A program made the position numbers and the translations under genes. Under the pieces are notes generated by a model. That model worked only from the letters and a program-made list of their open reading frames with translations. It was not told where the DNA came from and did no database searches. DNA of 32,000 nt, from assembly GCF_000092465.1 (NCBI RefSeq), contig NC_014205.1:90001-122000 (forward strand). The letters are read 5' to 3'. Numbering within the stretch: the first letter of the stretch is position 1; each line of letters starts with the position of its first letter. The DNA comes from Staphylothermus hellenicus DSM 12710. GTDB taxonomy: Archaea; Thermoproteota; Thermoprotei_A; Sulfolobales; Desulfurococcaceae. Below are positions 1 to 8,284 of the stretch, one piece after another.

Positions 1-669
1 AGAGGAGCTGCTGGTAGGTATCCTGAGAATACTTTGAAATCAATAGAGTACGCTATTGGTTTGGGTGTTGAAATAGTCGAGGTAGATGTTAGGGCTACGA
101 GGGATGGAGAAATAATTGTTTTCCATGACCCTGATCTTAAGAGATTGTTTGGAATAAGTAAATCTGTTGGTGAACTGGATTATTCATGGATAAGAAATAA
201 TTTGAGGCTTGGCAGCGAATATATACCATTGTTGAGAGAGGTTTTAGAGCTTGTCAAGGATCGTGTTGGCTTGTTTGTTGAGGTAAAGGAACCCGTTATT
301 ACTCGTAGAGTGGTAGAGCTTATCAGTAAGTATAATATGATAAGTGATGTAGCAATTATTAGCTTCTATGATGAAGCACTTGTAGAAGCTAAACAATTGA
401 TCCCAAACATTGTTACTGGGTTAATATATTTTAAGCCCCCAGGTAGATTATTTGATGCTAAAAAACTCGGAGCAAACATTGTGCTTCCACGCTACAATAT
501 AGCAACATTGAAAGCTAACCAGCTGGCACACAAGCTTAAGCTCAAAGTAGTTGTTTGGACAGTTAATAGTGAGAAACTAGTCTATGAAATGATTAGGAGG
601 GAAGTTGATGGTATTGCTAGTGATTATCCAGACCTCCTAATAAATATTAGAAAGAAACTATCTGGTTAG
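1..669 (+). CDS. glycerophosphodiester phosphodiesterase (GDPD family), 5'-partial at window edge
   Basis: Frame 1 is open from nt 1 (RGAAGRYPENTLKS..., matching the GDPD N-terminal HRG..PENT region). It continues with VEVDVRATRDGEIIVFHD and VVVWTVN. Stop at 667-669. Confidence 0.8.
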   Translation, partial: RGAAGRYPENTLKSIEYAIGLGVEIVEVDVRATRDGEIIVFHDPDLKRLFGISKSVGELDYSWIRNNLRLGSEYIPLLREVLELVKDRVGLFVEVKEPVITRRVVELISKYNMISDVAIISFYDEALVEAKQLIPNIVTGLIYFKPPGRLFDAKKLGANIVLPRYNIATLKANQLAHKLKLKVVVWTVNSEKLVYEMIRREVDGIASDYPDLLINIRKKLSG

Positions 670-673
670 CTAT

Positions 674-1309
674 TCACTTATTTTTAACCATATACTTTAA
701 AACATCAATTACTAGTTGCTTCAACAAATCAATACTCCACATATTCACATATGTTCTGCTAAGCCTATGCTTCAATACACCAACAGGCGGCACATGTATG
801 AATAATGCTTTAGAATTATGTTTGGAGGCAAACCTATATATCGTGTATGCTACAGCATTGCACAAGTAAAGCCCAGCAGTATTTGATGGTGCAACATCGT
901 ATCCCTTGCTCCACAAATACTTTAATAAATCAAATAATTCTATTTGCACACTAATACATAGAGGCGAATCACTGTATAGCTTAGAAGCATTTCTCTCATC
1001 CTCACGGTTTTCGAAGCGAACATTAACAGCAGAAGCCTCCAACAATGGAACAGTAGTAAGAGGGTGGAGACCGAGCCCAACAACGCCAACAGGTTTAAGC
1101 TTCTCTAAAATCTTGTCAAGCTTCTCTATACTAGGATAATCAACATCTAAAACAACACCCCTGACACCACAACCCCCAACAACCTCGCCATCAAGCAGAG
1201 AAGCAACAATACCGGAAGGATTAGGATAATATAAAACCCAACCACCCCTTCCACGATACCAGTCAAAACCAGAAACAATAAACCAGCAATCGCCCAAACT
1301 AAATACCAC
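674..1309 (-). CDS. pcp: pyrrolidone-carboxylate (pyroglutamyl) peptidase I, peptidase family C15
   Basis: SNTAGLYLCNAVAY (catalytic Cys motif), LFIHVPP (catalytic His motif), LLEASAVN (Glu region) and an N-terminal SGFDW...NPSG segment. These align well by eye with archaeal Pcp. GTG start at 1309. Confidence 0.85.
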   Translation of the reverse strand: MVFSLGDCWFIVSGFDWYRGRGGWVLYYPNPSGIVASLLDGEVVGGCGVRGVVLDVDYPSIEKLDKILEKLKPVGVVGLGLHPLTTVPLLEASAVNVRFENREDERNASKLYSDSPLCISVQIELFDLLKYLWSKGYDVAPSNTAGLYLCNAVAYTIYRFASKHNSKALFIHVPPVGVLKHRLSRTYVNMWSIDLLKQLVIDVLKYMVKNK

Positions 1310-1381
1310 CTCCTAATACATAAACAAATCAAAAACATACTAAACTATAAAAACATCCCAAAACAAATAATAGAATACAGC

Positions 1382-1442
1382 AAGGGCCCGGACTAAGAGC
1401 GAAAAGCAATGAAGAACCCAGGCCACAAAACCACAGCCCGGC
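1382..1442 (-). repeat. degenerate, inverted, intron-less partial copy of tRNA-His (anticodon arm to 3' acceptor end)
   Basis: Read on the minus strand: GCCGGGCTGTGG (12/12 match to tRNA 1481-1492), then GGCCTGGGTTC (compare GGTCCCGGGTTC), then CCGGGCCCTT (10/10 match to the tRNA 3' end plus flank). The blocks are collinear with the tRNA. Confidence 0.5.
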
Positions 1443-1454
1443 AACCCCATAAGT

Positions 1455-1566
1455 GGCCCGGGTAGCTCAGCCGGTAGAGCGCCGGGCTGTGGACAAAAAC
1501 CCCAATGATAAAAGAGGGGAAAAGGCAGAAACCCGGAGGTCCCGGGTTCAAATCCCGGCCCGGGCC
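1455..1566 (+). tRNA. tRNA-His (GUG) with encoded G-1 and a 38-nt intron at the canonical 37/38 position (about 1493-1530)
   Basis: Acceptor GCCCGGG/CCCGGGC, D arm GCTC-AGCCGGTA-GAGC, anticodon stem CCGGG/CCCGG with loop CTGTGGA, T arm CCGGG-TTCAAAT-CCCGG. The extra 5' G at 1455 faces discriminator C. No encoded CCA. Confidence 0.9.
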
Positions 1567-2060
1567 CTTTCATTTATGTTTGGATCCCTCTCCTTCACTT
1601 TATTGATAATCTGCTAGTTTAGATTCTATAATGCACTCTCACACCTGAATCAGTTGCCCAAGCATTTTAGGTTCATGGAAGAATATGTTAGGATAGCTTC
1701 AGATATCCTTGTCTCCGCTGTTCTCCTCATACATTCGCAGGAGTCAGGAATCTACCGTAAGACAATAGCATCCCTTCTCCCAGAGCTTCATGTAGAAATA
1801 TTAGATGAATTACTAAAGACATCAAATGGATCCACTATCACATTTACAGGTTCCCAACATTATTCTCTTAATAACATATAGGCTGAAGTCCATGTCCTTG
1901 TAGCGTGTGCTCCCGGGTATAAGTGTCTTAGCTCTTAAGCTGACATATAGGTCTTTGTTAATCGAGTGGCCTTTCCATGCTTCTTTTTAAGAACTGTGCT
2001 TTTTAATAATGGATTATTATAGTGATGGGTTGGGGTTATTGATTCGAGGTTGTCCATATT

Positions 2061-3134
2061 GTGAGATTTTATTTAGGCTTTGGCTTTGTCTATTATTTGG
2101 AGGGGTGTTTTGTTTTGTCTAAGCAACTTGAGGTTGAGCCTGAGTTTGCTGAGAAGATTAGTAGTGATGATCTGGGATGGCTTCTTGAAAAACTAGCTGA
2201 TCGTGTTGAGAAGGAGATTGTGTTGATTGCTAAGAACCCTAATTTGTATAGGCGTATTGAGCGTATTGTGTTCACTCTTCCAACCCGCCATATAATATAT
2301 CATGGGGACTCCCGCAACCTATCCTTTATTCCTAGTGAAAGCGTTCACCTTGTAGTTAATTCTCCACCGTACTGGATTGTTAAGAAGTATAAGCCTATAC
2401 CTGGTCAATTAGGTGTTATAAAAGATTATAATAAATTTCTAGAGGAGCTTGGGAAGGTTTGGCGCGAGGTTTACCGTGTACTCGTTCCCGGTGGTAGGTT
2501 GATAATTGTTGTCGGTGATGTATTGCTTCCCCGCAGAAAATATGGTAGGCACAGAGTTATACCATTACACTCCGACATTATTAAGCAGTGTACAAGTATT
2601 GGATTCGAATATTTAGCACCTATAATATGGTTTAAGATCGGCAATGTTAGTAGAGAAGTCCCCGGTAGAAGCGGTTTCCTAGGTAAACCCTATATGCCGA
2701 ACGCGGTTATCAAGAACGATATCGAGTATATATTAATGTTTAGGAAGCCTGGCTACCGCAGTGTTTCACGTGTGAGAATGAAGCTAAGCGTTATACCTGA
2801 GAAATTGTTTAAAGAATGGTTTACACAGATATGGCGATTACTAGGTGAGTCCACAAAACATCATCCAGCACCATTCCCATTAGAGCTGGCTGAGAGGCTT
2901 ATACGTATGTATAGCTACGTATACGATACCGTCCTAGACCCATTCATGGGAACAGGGACGACATTATTAGCAGCAGCTAGAACTGGGAGGAACAGTATTG
3001 GTGTAGAAATAGATCCTGAATATGTTAAGTATGCATATAATAGGCTTAGAAAAGAAGCACAATCTCTATTTGGAAAACGAGAAATAATATTGAAAGAGAT
3101 GAGCAATGAACAATCCTATCAAGGAATGGGTTGA
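2061..3134 (+). CDS. DNA methyltransferase, beta-class N4/N6 family (PF01555-like); the SPPY motif suggests N4-cytosine
   Basis: Motif IV VVNSPPYW lies upstream of motif I DPFMGTGTTLLAAARTGRNSIGVEID, which is the permuted beta-class order. The start is uncertain: GTG 2061, or TTG 2097 or 2115. Confidence 0.85.
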   Translation: MRFYLGFGFVYYLEGCFVLSKQLEVEPEFAEKISSDDLGWLLEKLADRVEKEIVLIAKNPNLYRRIERIVFTLPTRHIIYHGDSRNLSFIPSESVHLVVNSPPYWIVKKYKPIPGQLGVIKDYNKFLEELGKVWREVYRVLVPGGRLIIVVGDVLLPRRKYGRHRVIPLHSDIIKQCTSIGFEYLAPIIWFKIGNVSREVPGRSGFLGKPYMPNAVIKNDIEYILMFRKPGYRSVSRVRMKLSVIPEKLFKEWFTQIWRLLGESTKHHPAPFPLELAERLIRMYSYVYDTVLDPFMGTGTTLLAAARTGRNSIGVEIDPEYVKYAYNRLRKEAQSLFGKREIILKEMSNEQSYQGMG

Positions 3135-3855
3135 ACTAAATAAAGTCATTGTTAATAAGAAGTTATATTTTAAAGATATAGAAGACAGACTCATAGATAT
3201 TATTTGGAGACTTGACAAGTTGTGGAGGAATGAATTAATAGAGCAGGGAGAATACCGGCAGAAGGGAAACTATTATCGAGACACCATAATATCCCTTATA
3301 AAGGCGTGTTGCTTAGAGGAAGGCTTTAGGATAGAGATAAGAGAGGCTAGGCTTGAGGGTCGGACAGACAAGGTCCATAAGGTTGATTTCGCATATATAG
3401 GTAGGAATAATGTCCCAATTATTGCCGGCGAAGTTAAAGCGATCGGTAGCCCGCCACACAGAATAGGGGGTAGAACATATCCTGAGAGAAACATTAGTAT
3501 TGATACTGATAAGAGGATTAAGGAGGTAAAATATACACCAATAGATCTTAAGAGGAAATATGATCCGCTTGTCTCAAAACCTTGGAATCAATGGATTGAT
3601 GAAACACCACCAAAATTCTATACATTCTGGCTCCTAAGACTAGGCTCCTCAAACAGGCTAAACCACATACTCGAAAAAATAAGAGGTTTGAAAGAATACA
3701 ATAATGGAGTATCAGCAATCATATATACAGAAAGCAGGAGAGGCTATAGATGGGTCTTCATGAAAGACAATATTATTCGAGGAGTAGATGAGCTAACGCA
3801 GGAAATAGCGCAAGAAATAATACGCTCAATCAAAAGCAGGCCCTACATTATTTAG
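3106..3855 (+). CDS. putative type II restriction endonuclease (PD-(D/E)xK) partnered with the upstream methyltransferase
   Basis: ATG overlaps the MTase 3' end by 29 nt. The segment KVDFAYIGRNNVPIIAGEVKA gives a D-x15-E-x-K nuclease signature. No other recognisable domain. Confidence 0.6.
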   Translation: MNNPIKEWVELNKVIVNKKLYFKDIEDRLIDIIWRLDKLWRNELIEQGEYRQKGNYYRDTIISLIKACCLEEGFRIEIREARLEGRTDKVHKVDFAYIGRNNVPIIAGEVKAIGSPPHRIGGRTYPERNISIDTDKRIKEVKYTPIDLKRKYDPLVSKPWNQWIDETPPKFYTFWLLRLGSSNRLNHILEKIRGLKEYNNGVSAIIYTESRRGYRWVFMKDNIIRGVDELTQEIAQEIIRSIKSRPYII

Positions 3856-4374
3856 CACTACTTTATCAGTATTGATTAATGCTTCAGTTTCATATTGAGC
3901 ATCAGGAATACGTGAATAGCTTAATGTATCTGATTAAAGCATACTCAATTAGTATCTGTACTGTTTCTCCTCATTTCATAGAAATATTATTCCTTCAACA
4001 TTACCATAGGTCCTTTAAACACTTCCTGTACATCATCAAAGACCTTATTGCCTCAAGCTAATGAGACTGGGCGAACAAGTGCTTTCACAACCCCTCAAAC
4101 GCTCTCACCATACAGTTGAGAATACTATACACAGTGTTGGCAATTATAGCTATTGCGATCATGGTATTAGTGGTTGTTGCTGCAGCAAGGAGGGGAGAGC
4201 TAGACAGTTCTAGCATGTTTATATCTAGGAACTCCTCAACACGATGTATTTTTCCTTTATCTAAAATAAATCAATACTTTATCCGGAATGCCTTTTTATT
4301 CAAATACTAGTAAGTGGAATTAAGAATATAGATTTATGTTATAGACATTGTTATATAATACTAGTGTGGGGACC

Positions 4375-5622
4375 ATGCATCTGAGCCTTGATAATCTCAG
4401 GTCTTTTCTTGTAGATGTTGGTAGGCTCTATAACATAACTTCAGCTATCAAGGATTATTATGATGAAGTTGTTAGGCCGTTAAATGGAAAGAATATAGAT
4501 GAGCTGCCTAGAGATCTCAAAGTTGCTGTTCTAGGAGGACTGAAACCTGATGGTGAATATGTTGATAACGCCTATGCTATGTTTATCAAGGACTTCATAG
4601 GATTATATATCGAGGATCCAAAACTTTATGTATTTATGCTAAAACGTGGAAGAATACCTAGTGTTAAAATAATTACTAGTGCAACCAAATTCGTAGAATT
4701 CGTTTATTTATTAAATGGGGTATCCGGGTTTATAATAAGTAAAGCGAGAAATCTAGGTCTGATTCATAATAGTGTGAAATCTAGTAAAACTGAGATTAAT
4801 CAATTAAATATTGAGGACGCTATAACTGAGTTAATAAATACAATATTAAATTTAAGTGTTGGTACGAATTCTTTTACTACCGGTATTTGGGGGCTTAGAA
4901 AAACAACTCTGCGATATGCAAAGAAAGCATATGGAAAATTGCCTGAGAATCTATTAGAAGTATTAGGATTTTCAAAGCTGGTAGATTTGAAAAATTACCA
5001 GTTATGGGGGTTTCCAGATTATGTTACAAAATGCAGATTATATCAATACGAATACAATGAATATGGTCTAATTATAAATGGACTGCCTATTGTATCTGAG
5101 TATTTAAGGAAGATCCCTGGTTTAAGTTCTATAGCTTTAAATACTTTAGGAGGAGCTATTTGTATTCTAAATGAGGTTATTTGGAGATATATTGATCTAT
5201 TATATAAGGATTTAAATAAATGGTACAAGAACAGCATTAACTTGGAGAAAGAATATGTGAGAAAAGCATGGAGATCGCTTGACGAGATCGGATGGAGCAT
5301 GCCAGAATATTTAAAGTCTTTGTATGTTGACTTTCGTGAAGCACTGGATGGTCGAGTTGGCTCGTCTTACGGCTCGCCATTTAAGTTTTTACACTATGAT
5401 GAGAATGGTGTAATAAAGGAGTATACTCAGTGGTTTTATCGTGGTAGTTATGAACGTAGCGGATTCTATACATATAAACTATCACAGTATATTTATCTTC
5501 CAGAATTACTCGATGACTTAATGCCTGCAATTTATCTAGGCGTGGTTGATACTACATTATATCTAAATAGTGGAAGAGCTCTTCTCATACTTATTAGAAG
5601 TCCCTCGAGGGAAAAACTATGA
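4375..5622 (+). CDS. hypothetical protein (about 415 aa), first gene of a three-gene operon
   Basis: Long ORF. ATG 4375 lies about 20 nt downstream of the TATA-like ttatataat (alternative TTG start at 4348). Aromatic-rich, with no motif I recognise. The stop overlaps the next start (ATGA at 5619-5622). Confidence 0.6.
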   Translation: MHLSLDNLRSFLVDVGRLYNITSAIKDYYDEVVRPLNGKNIDELPRDLKVAVLGGLKPDGEYVDNAYAMFIKDFIGLYIEDPKLYVFMLKRGRIPSVKIITSATKFVEFVYLLNGVSGFIISKARNLGLIHNSVKSSKTEINQLNIEDAITELINTILNLSVGTNSFTTGIWGLRKTTLRYAKKAYGKLPENLLEVLGFSKLVDLKNYQLWGFPDYVTKCRLYQYEYNEYGLIINGLPIVSEYLRKIPGLSSIALNTLGGAICILNEVIWRYIDLLYKDLNKWYKNSINLEKEYVRKAWRSLDEIGWSMPEYLKSLYVDFREALDGRVGSSYGSPFKFLHYDENGVIKEYTQWFYRGSYERSGFYTYKLSQYIYLPELLDDLMPAIYLGVVDTTLYLNSGRALLILIRSPSREKL

Positions 5623-6245
5623 CAAAGTCTGATGAAGCCTCTATTAAAGAAGAGTTTAAAAAATTAATTAAAGCAATTTATACACTACTCCCATCTAGGA
5701 ATAAGGTATCACAATTAATAATGTTATTGCCTTTAAAAGAAGAGGTTATCCAAGACTTATACCCCGAACTTTTCGAAGATATCGAGTATTGGGAGATGTT
5801 CAACTCTGCACTAGGATTGTACAGAAGTTCAGAGGGAAAAATTCATGCCTCTGGCTTAGCGGATGCACTCAAGGACTTCATTAACAGAATATTTCAGATA
5901 CTTCGGGATGAAAAGTATAGAGCCGCTATCTCCGCTTTACTCGGAGAAATATCGCCTAATCCGGAGCGTGAGTGGTTAGAGGTAAGGATAAAGGCTGTTC
6001 TGAAAGATCCATCAATAGGTTCTGCTGCCAAGAAAGTTTTAATGCTACTAGTTGAAACCCGTAGCGCTAGTACCAAAGAGCTTCCTAGCAAGTTAAATAT
6101 TGATGAGCAGGAGTTACAACATACTATTTACGCATTGAAAAATCTCAAATTAGTCGAGATTAATGGCGAAACTATTTCTTTACCATATGATATTCGGGAA
6201 AGATATACTTTATACGTTAAGAAACTGCTTGAGGAAAGTAGATAA
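5619..6245 (+). CDS. hypothetical helical protein with C-terminal winged-helix-like domain
   Basis: C-terminal segment KKVLMLLVETRSASTKELPSKLNIDEQELQHTIYALKNLKLVEINGETISL has an HTH-plus-wing pattern. The gene is translationally coupled on both sides. Confidence 0.6.
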   Translation: MTKSDEASIKEEFKKLIKAIYTLLPSRNKVSQLIMLLPLKEEVIQDLYPELFEDIEYWEMFNSALGLYRSSEGKIHASGLADALKDFINRIFQILRDEKYRAAISALLGEISPNPEREWLEVRIKAVLKDPSIGSAAKKVLMLLVETRSASTKELPSKLNIDEQELQHTIYALKNLKLVEINGETISLPYDIRERYTLYVKKLLEESR

Positions 6246-8284
6246 TGGGGAAAGATATAGGCTCTAAACTAGGAAGAGGACGGAAGCATATACACATAGA
6301 CCTTGGAGAGGCAACTATCTCAGAACATAAGAGGGTTGTAAAGGAGGATCTAAAGAAGACAGGAATTGGTTTAGAAAAAGAGGCGGAAGCCAAGGATACG
6401 GGTACAGCGACTAGATCTACTAGACCCCGCATACCTAGACCTCCAATTATACGTTCCGAGCCTGTATCTCCTAGTGTTAAAACTGAGCCTCAAGTAATAT
6501 TTCCAAAAGTAACATTAAGCGGAAAACAGAAGGCTATTCTATATATACTCTATCATTTATTTAGAGAAAAGAATTTTAAAGATGCATTATCTCGGATGAA
6601 TAGTGTTCTGGAATATGAACCTGAGGACATACTCCATAATATAATATACTTGGAAAATCAAAATCTTATAAAAATAGATGCTGATAAAATAGTATTTACA
6701 GATAAGGGCGAAATATTGGCAAGGAGTATAGCTGTTGATAATAGCATAATTAACAAAATAAAAGAACTAAAATATAAAATACCTGAGGCTTCTTCGATTG
6801 CAATACCACAGATTATTAGAAAAACATTAGATAAACATATTTATCAAATATCTCCTGAAATTCTTAGAGAAGAATTAATTGTGCCAACTATTCCAAAAAT
6901 TCAGCTCAGCACATTAATTCTCTCAACGATAAACAAGAACATAACTAGTATCTTTATTAGCACCTCTATTTATAAGGATAAAAACATTGTTATACCACAT
7001 ATTCCCCGGATAACCTATGGAAAAATAGCTACCATTTCCATGAATAAAAATATTCCTCCTTTAAACCATGAGGTTGAGAAGAAATCACTTGTTAAAACTA
7101 TTGAAAAAGCTAAAGAAACTGTTAGAGTAAAGAAATGGCGCTTACCCCCCTCTTTGCTTACGATGCTGTTTAAACCTATTAAGAAATATAATGTTAAGGG
7201 ATTGATCTCTGTAAAACCAGATAGACCAGTAATAATTGTGGCAATTAAATCTCCGGATGAAGAATATATCTTTACTCTTCTATCAATTCTTCGTGAAATT
7301 TATCGTATGAAGGTGGGAGGGCTGCCTCTCAGTAGATATGTGAGCGCTAAGAGAACAAAGTATATTGCCGAAGAAGAAATGATGCGGCAAGGACTTATTA
7401 AGGTAATAGATGATTCAACTGCTGATTTTCTGGAATTTTTCGGAATAAGTAAAATAAAGGATTTCGACAAGATAAACCTAGATAGTCTAAAAGATAGATT
7501 AATCGAGCTCTCCGTAGGAGGGCTGAGCTTTTTAATATTCTATATTGATGAGAACAAGAAAGATCAGCTCCTCGGATATTTGTTATCTATAAGGGATAGG
7601 ATAGCTCCTGCAAAAATAATTATAGTACAGCCTCGCAAATTAAATAGTGAATTGAAAAGAGAATTAGCACGAGCATCTTGGGGCTTCGTTGATCCCTCAG
7701 AACCCCTATTAAAGGATACTCTGGATAAAAATTTCAGGCTCAGAGAAGAAGAATTCTATAACAAACTGGAGAATATAGCTACTAAGCAGGAATATGCAGA
7801 ACTTGTTAGAGAGAGTGTGGAAGACGAGGAGGGTCTGGAGAGTTTTGAGAGCCCATTACATTACCAGTTAAAGGTGTTTGTTGTTTACTATCTTATGAAA
7901 AAATTAAAGATTCCAGAAGAAGATATAGAGACTGAAGCTGAAGTAGTTAAAGGAGTTATACCAGATATATACGTCAAATCAAAAAGGTTAGCGATAGAAA
8001 TCGAGACCTTTTATGGGACTGGGCTATCTCCTTGGAGAAAGCTTGAAAGAACCATAGAGAAGTATAAGAAGAATAATGTAACAAATGAAGTATGGATCAT
8101 AATACCTCCCCTACAGACAATGCTATACTTAAAAGATTTAATACACAAAGTTAAGAGGCTAAAAGAAAAGGGATATGGTTTCATAAAATTATACACTGTT
8201 AATATATCTAAAAAGAAGCTTATACCTATAAAAGAAATACCTGTAAAACTAAGTAGATTATTTTCTAAACAAGCACAAGTATAA
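6245..8284 (+). CDS. multidomain protein: basic disordered N-terminus, wHTH, alpha/beta middle domain without P-loop, C-terminal PD-(D/E)xK (CoiA-like) nuclease domain
   Basis: The start overlaps the upstream stop (TAATG at 6243-6247). wHTH-like segment: KQKAILYILYHLFRE...IIYLENQNLIKIDADKIVFTDKGEILA. Nuclease pattern: ESPLHYQLK (7851), IPDIYV (PD at 7961), LAIEIET (7991), then R..Y and VWIIIP. No GxxxxGK[ST] motif. Confidence 0.65.
   Translation: MGKDIGSKLGRGRKHIHIDLGEATISEHKRVVKEDLKKTGIGLEKEAEAKDTGTATRSTRPRIPRPPIIRSEPVSPSVKTEPQVIFPKVTLSGKQKAILYILYHLFREKNFKDALSRMNSVLEYEPEDILHNIIYLENQNLIKIDADKIVFTDKGEILARSIAVDNSIINKIKELKYKIPEASSIAIPQIIRKTLDKHIYQISPEILREELIVPTIPKIQLSTLILSTINKNITSIFISTSIYKDKNIVIPHIPRITYGKIATISMNKNIPPLNHEVEKKSLVKTIEKAKETVRVKKWRLPPSLLTMLFKPIKKYNVKGLISVKPDRPVIIVAIKSPDEEYIFTLLSILREIYRMKVGGLPLSRYVSAKRTKYIAEEEMMRQGLIKVIDDSTADFLEFFGISKIKDFDKINLDSLKDRLIELSVGGLSFLIFYIDENKKDQLLGYLLSIRDRIAPAKIIIVQPRKLNSELKRELARASWGFVDPSEPLLKDTLDKNFRLREEEFYNKLENIATKQEYAELVRESVEDEEGLESFESPLHYQLKVFVVYYLMKKLKIPEEDIETEAEVVKGVIPDIYVKSKRLAIEIETFYGTGLSPWRKLERTIEKYKKNNVTNEVWIIIPPLQTMLYLKDLIHKVKRLKEKGYGFIKLYTVNISKKKLIPIKEIPVKLSRLFSKQAQV

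Noticed and set aside
1340-1573. 77-aa minus-strand ORF (MKGPGPGFEPG...)
   Set aside because: It lies entirely antisense to tRNA-His and its GC-rich upstream pseudo-copy. The Gly/Pro-rich translation is what a GC-rich tRNA gives in reverse.
1654-4310. Small ORFs at 1654-1881, 3879-4061 and 4116-4310
   Set aside because: They have no motifs or conservation cues. TTG or weak starts occur in AT-rich intergenic DNA. ORF 4116-4310 has one hydrophobic helix but nothing else, so none are reported as features.
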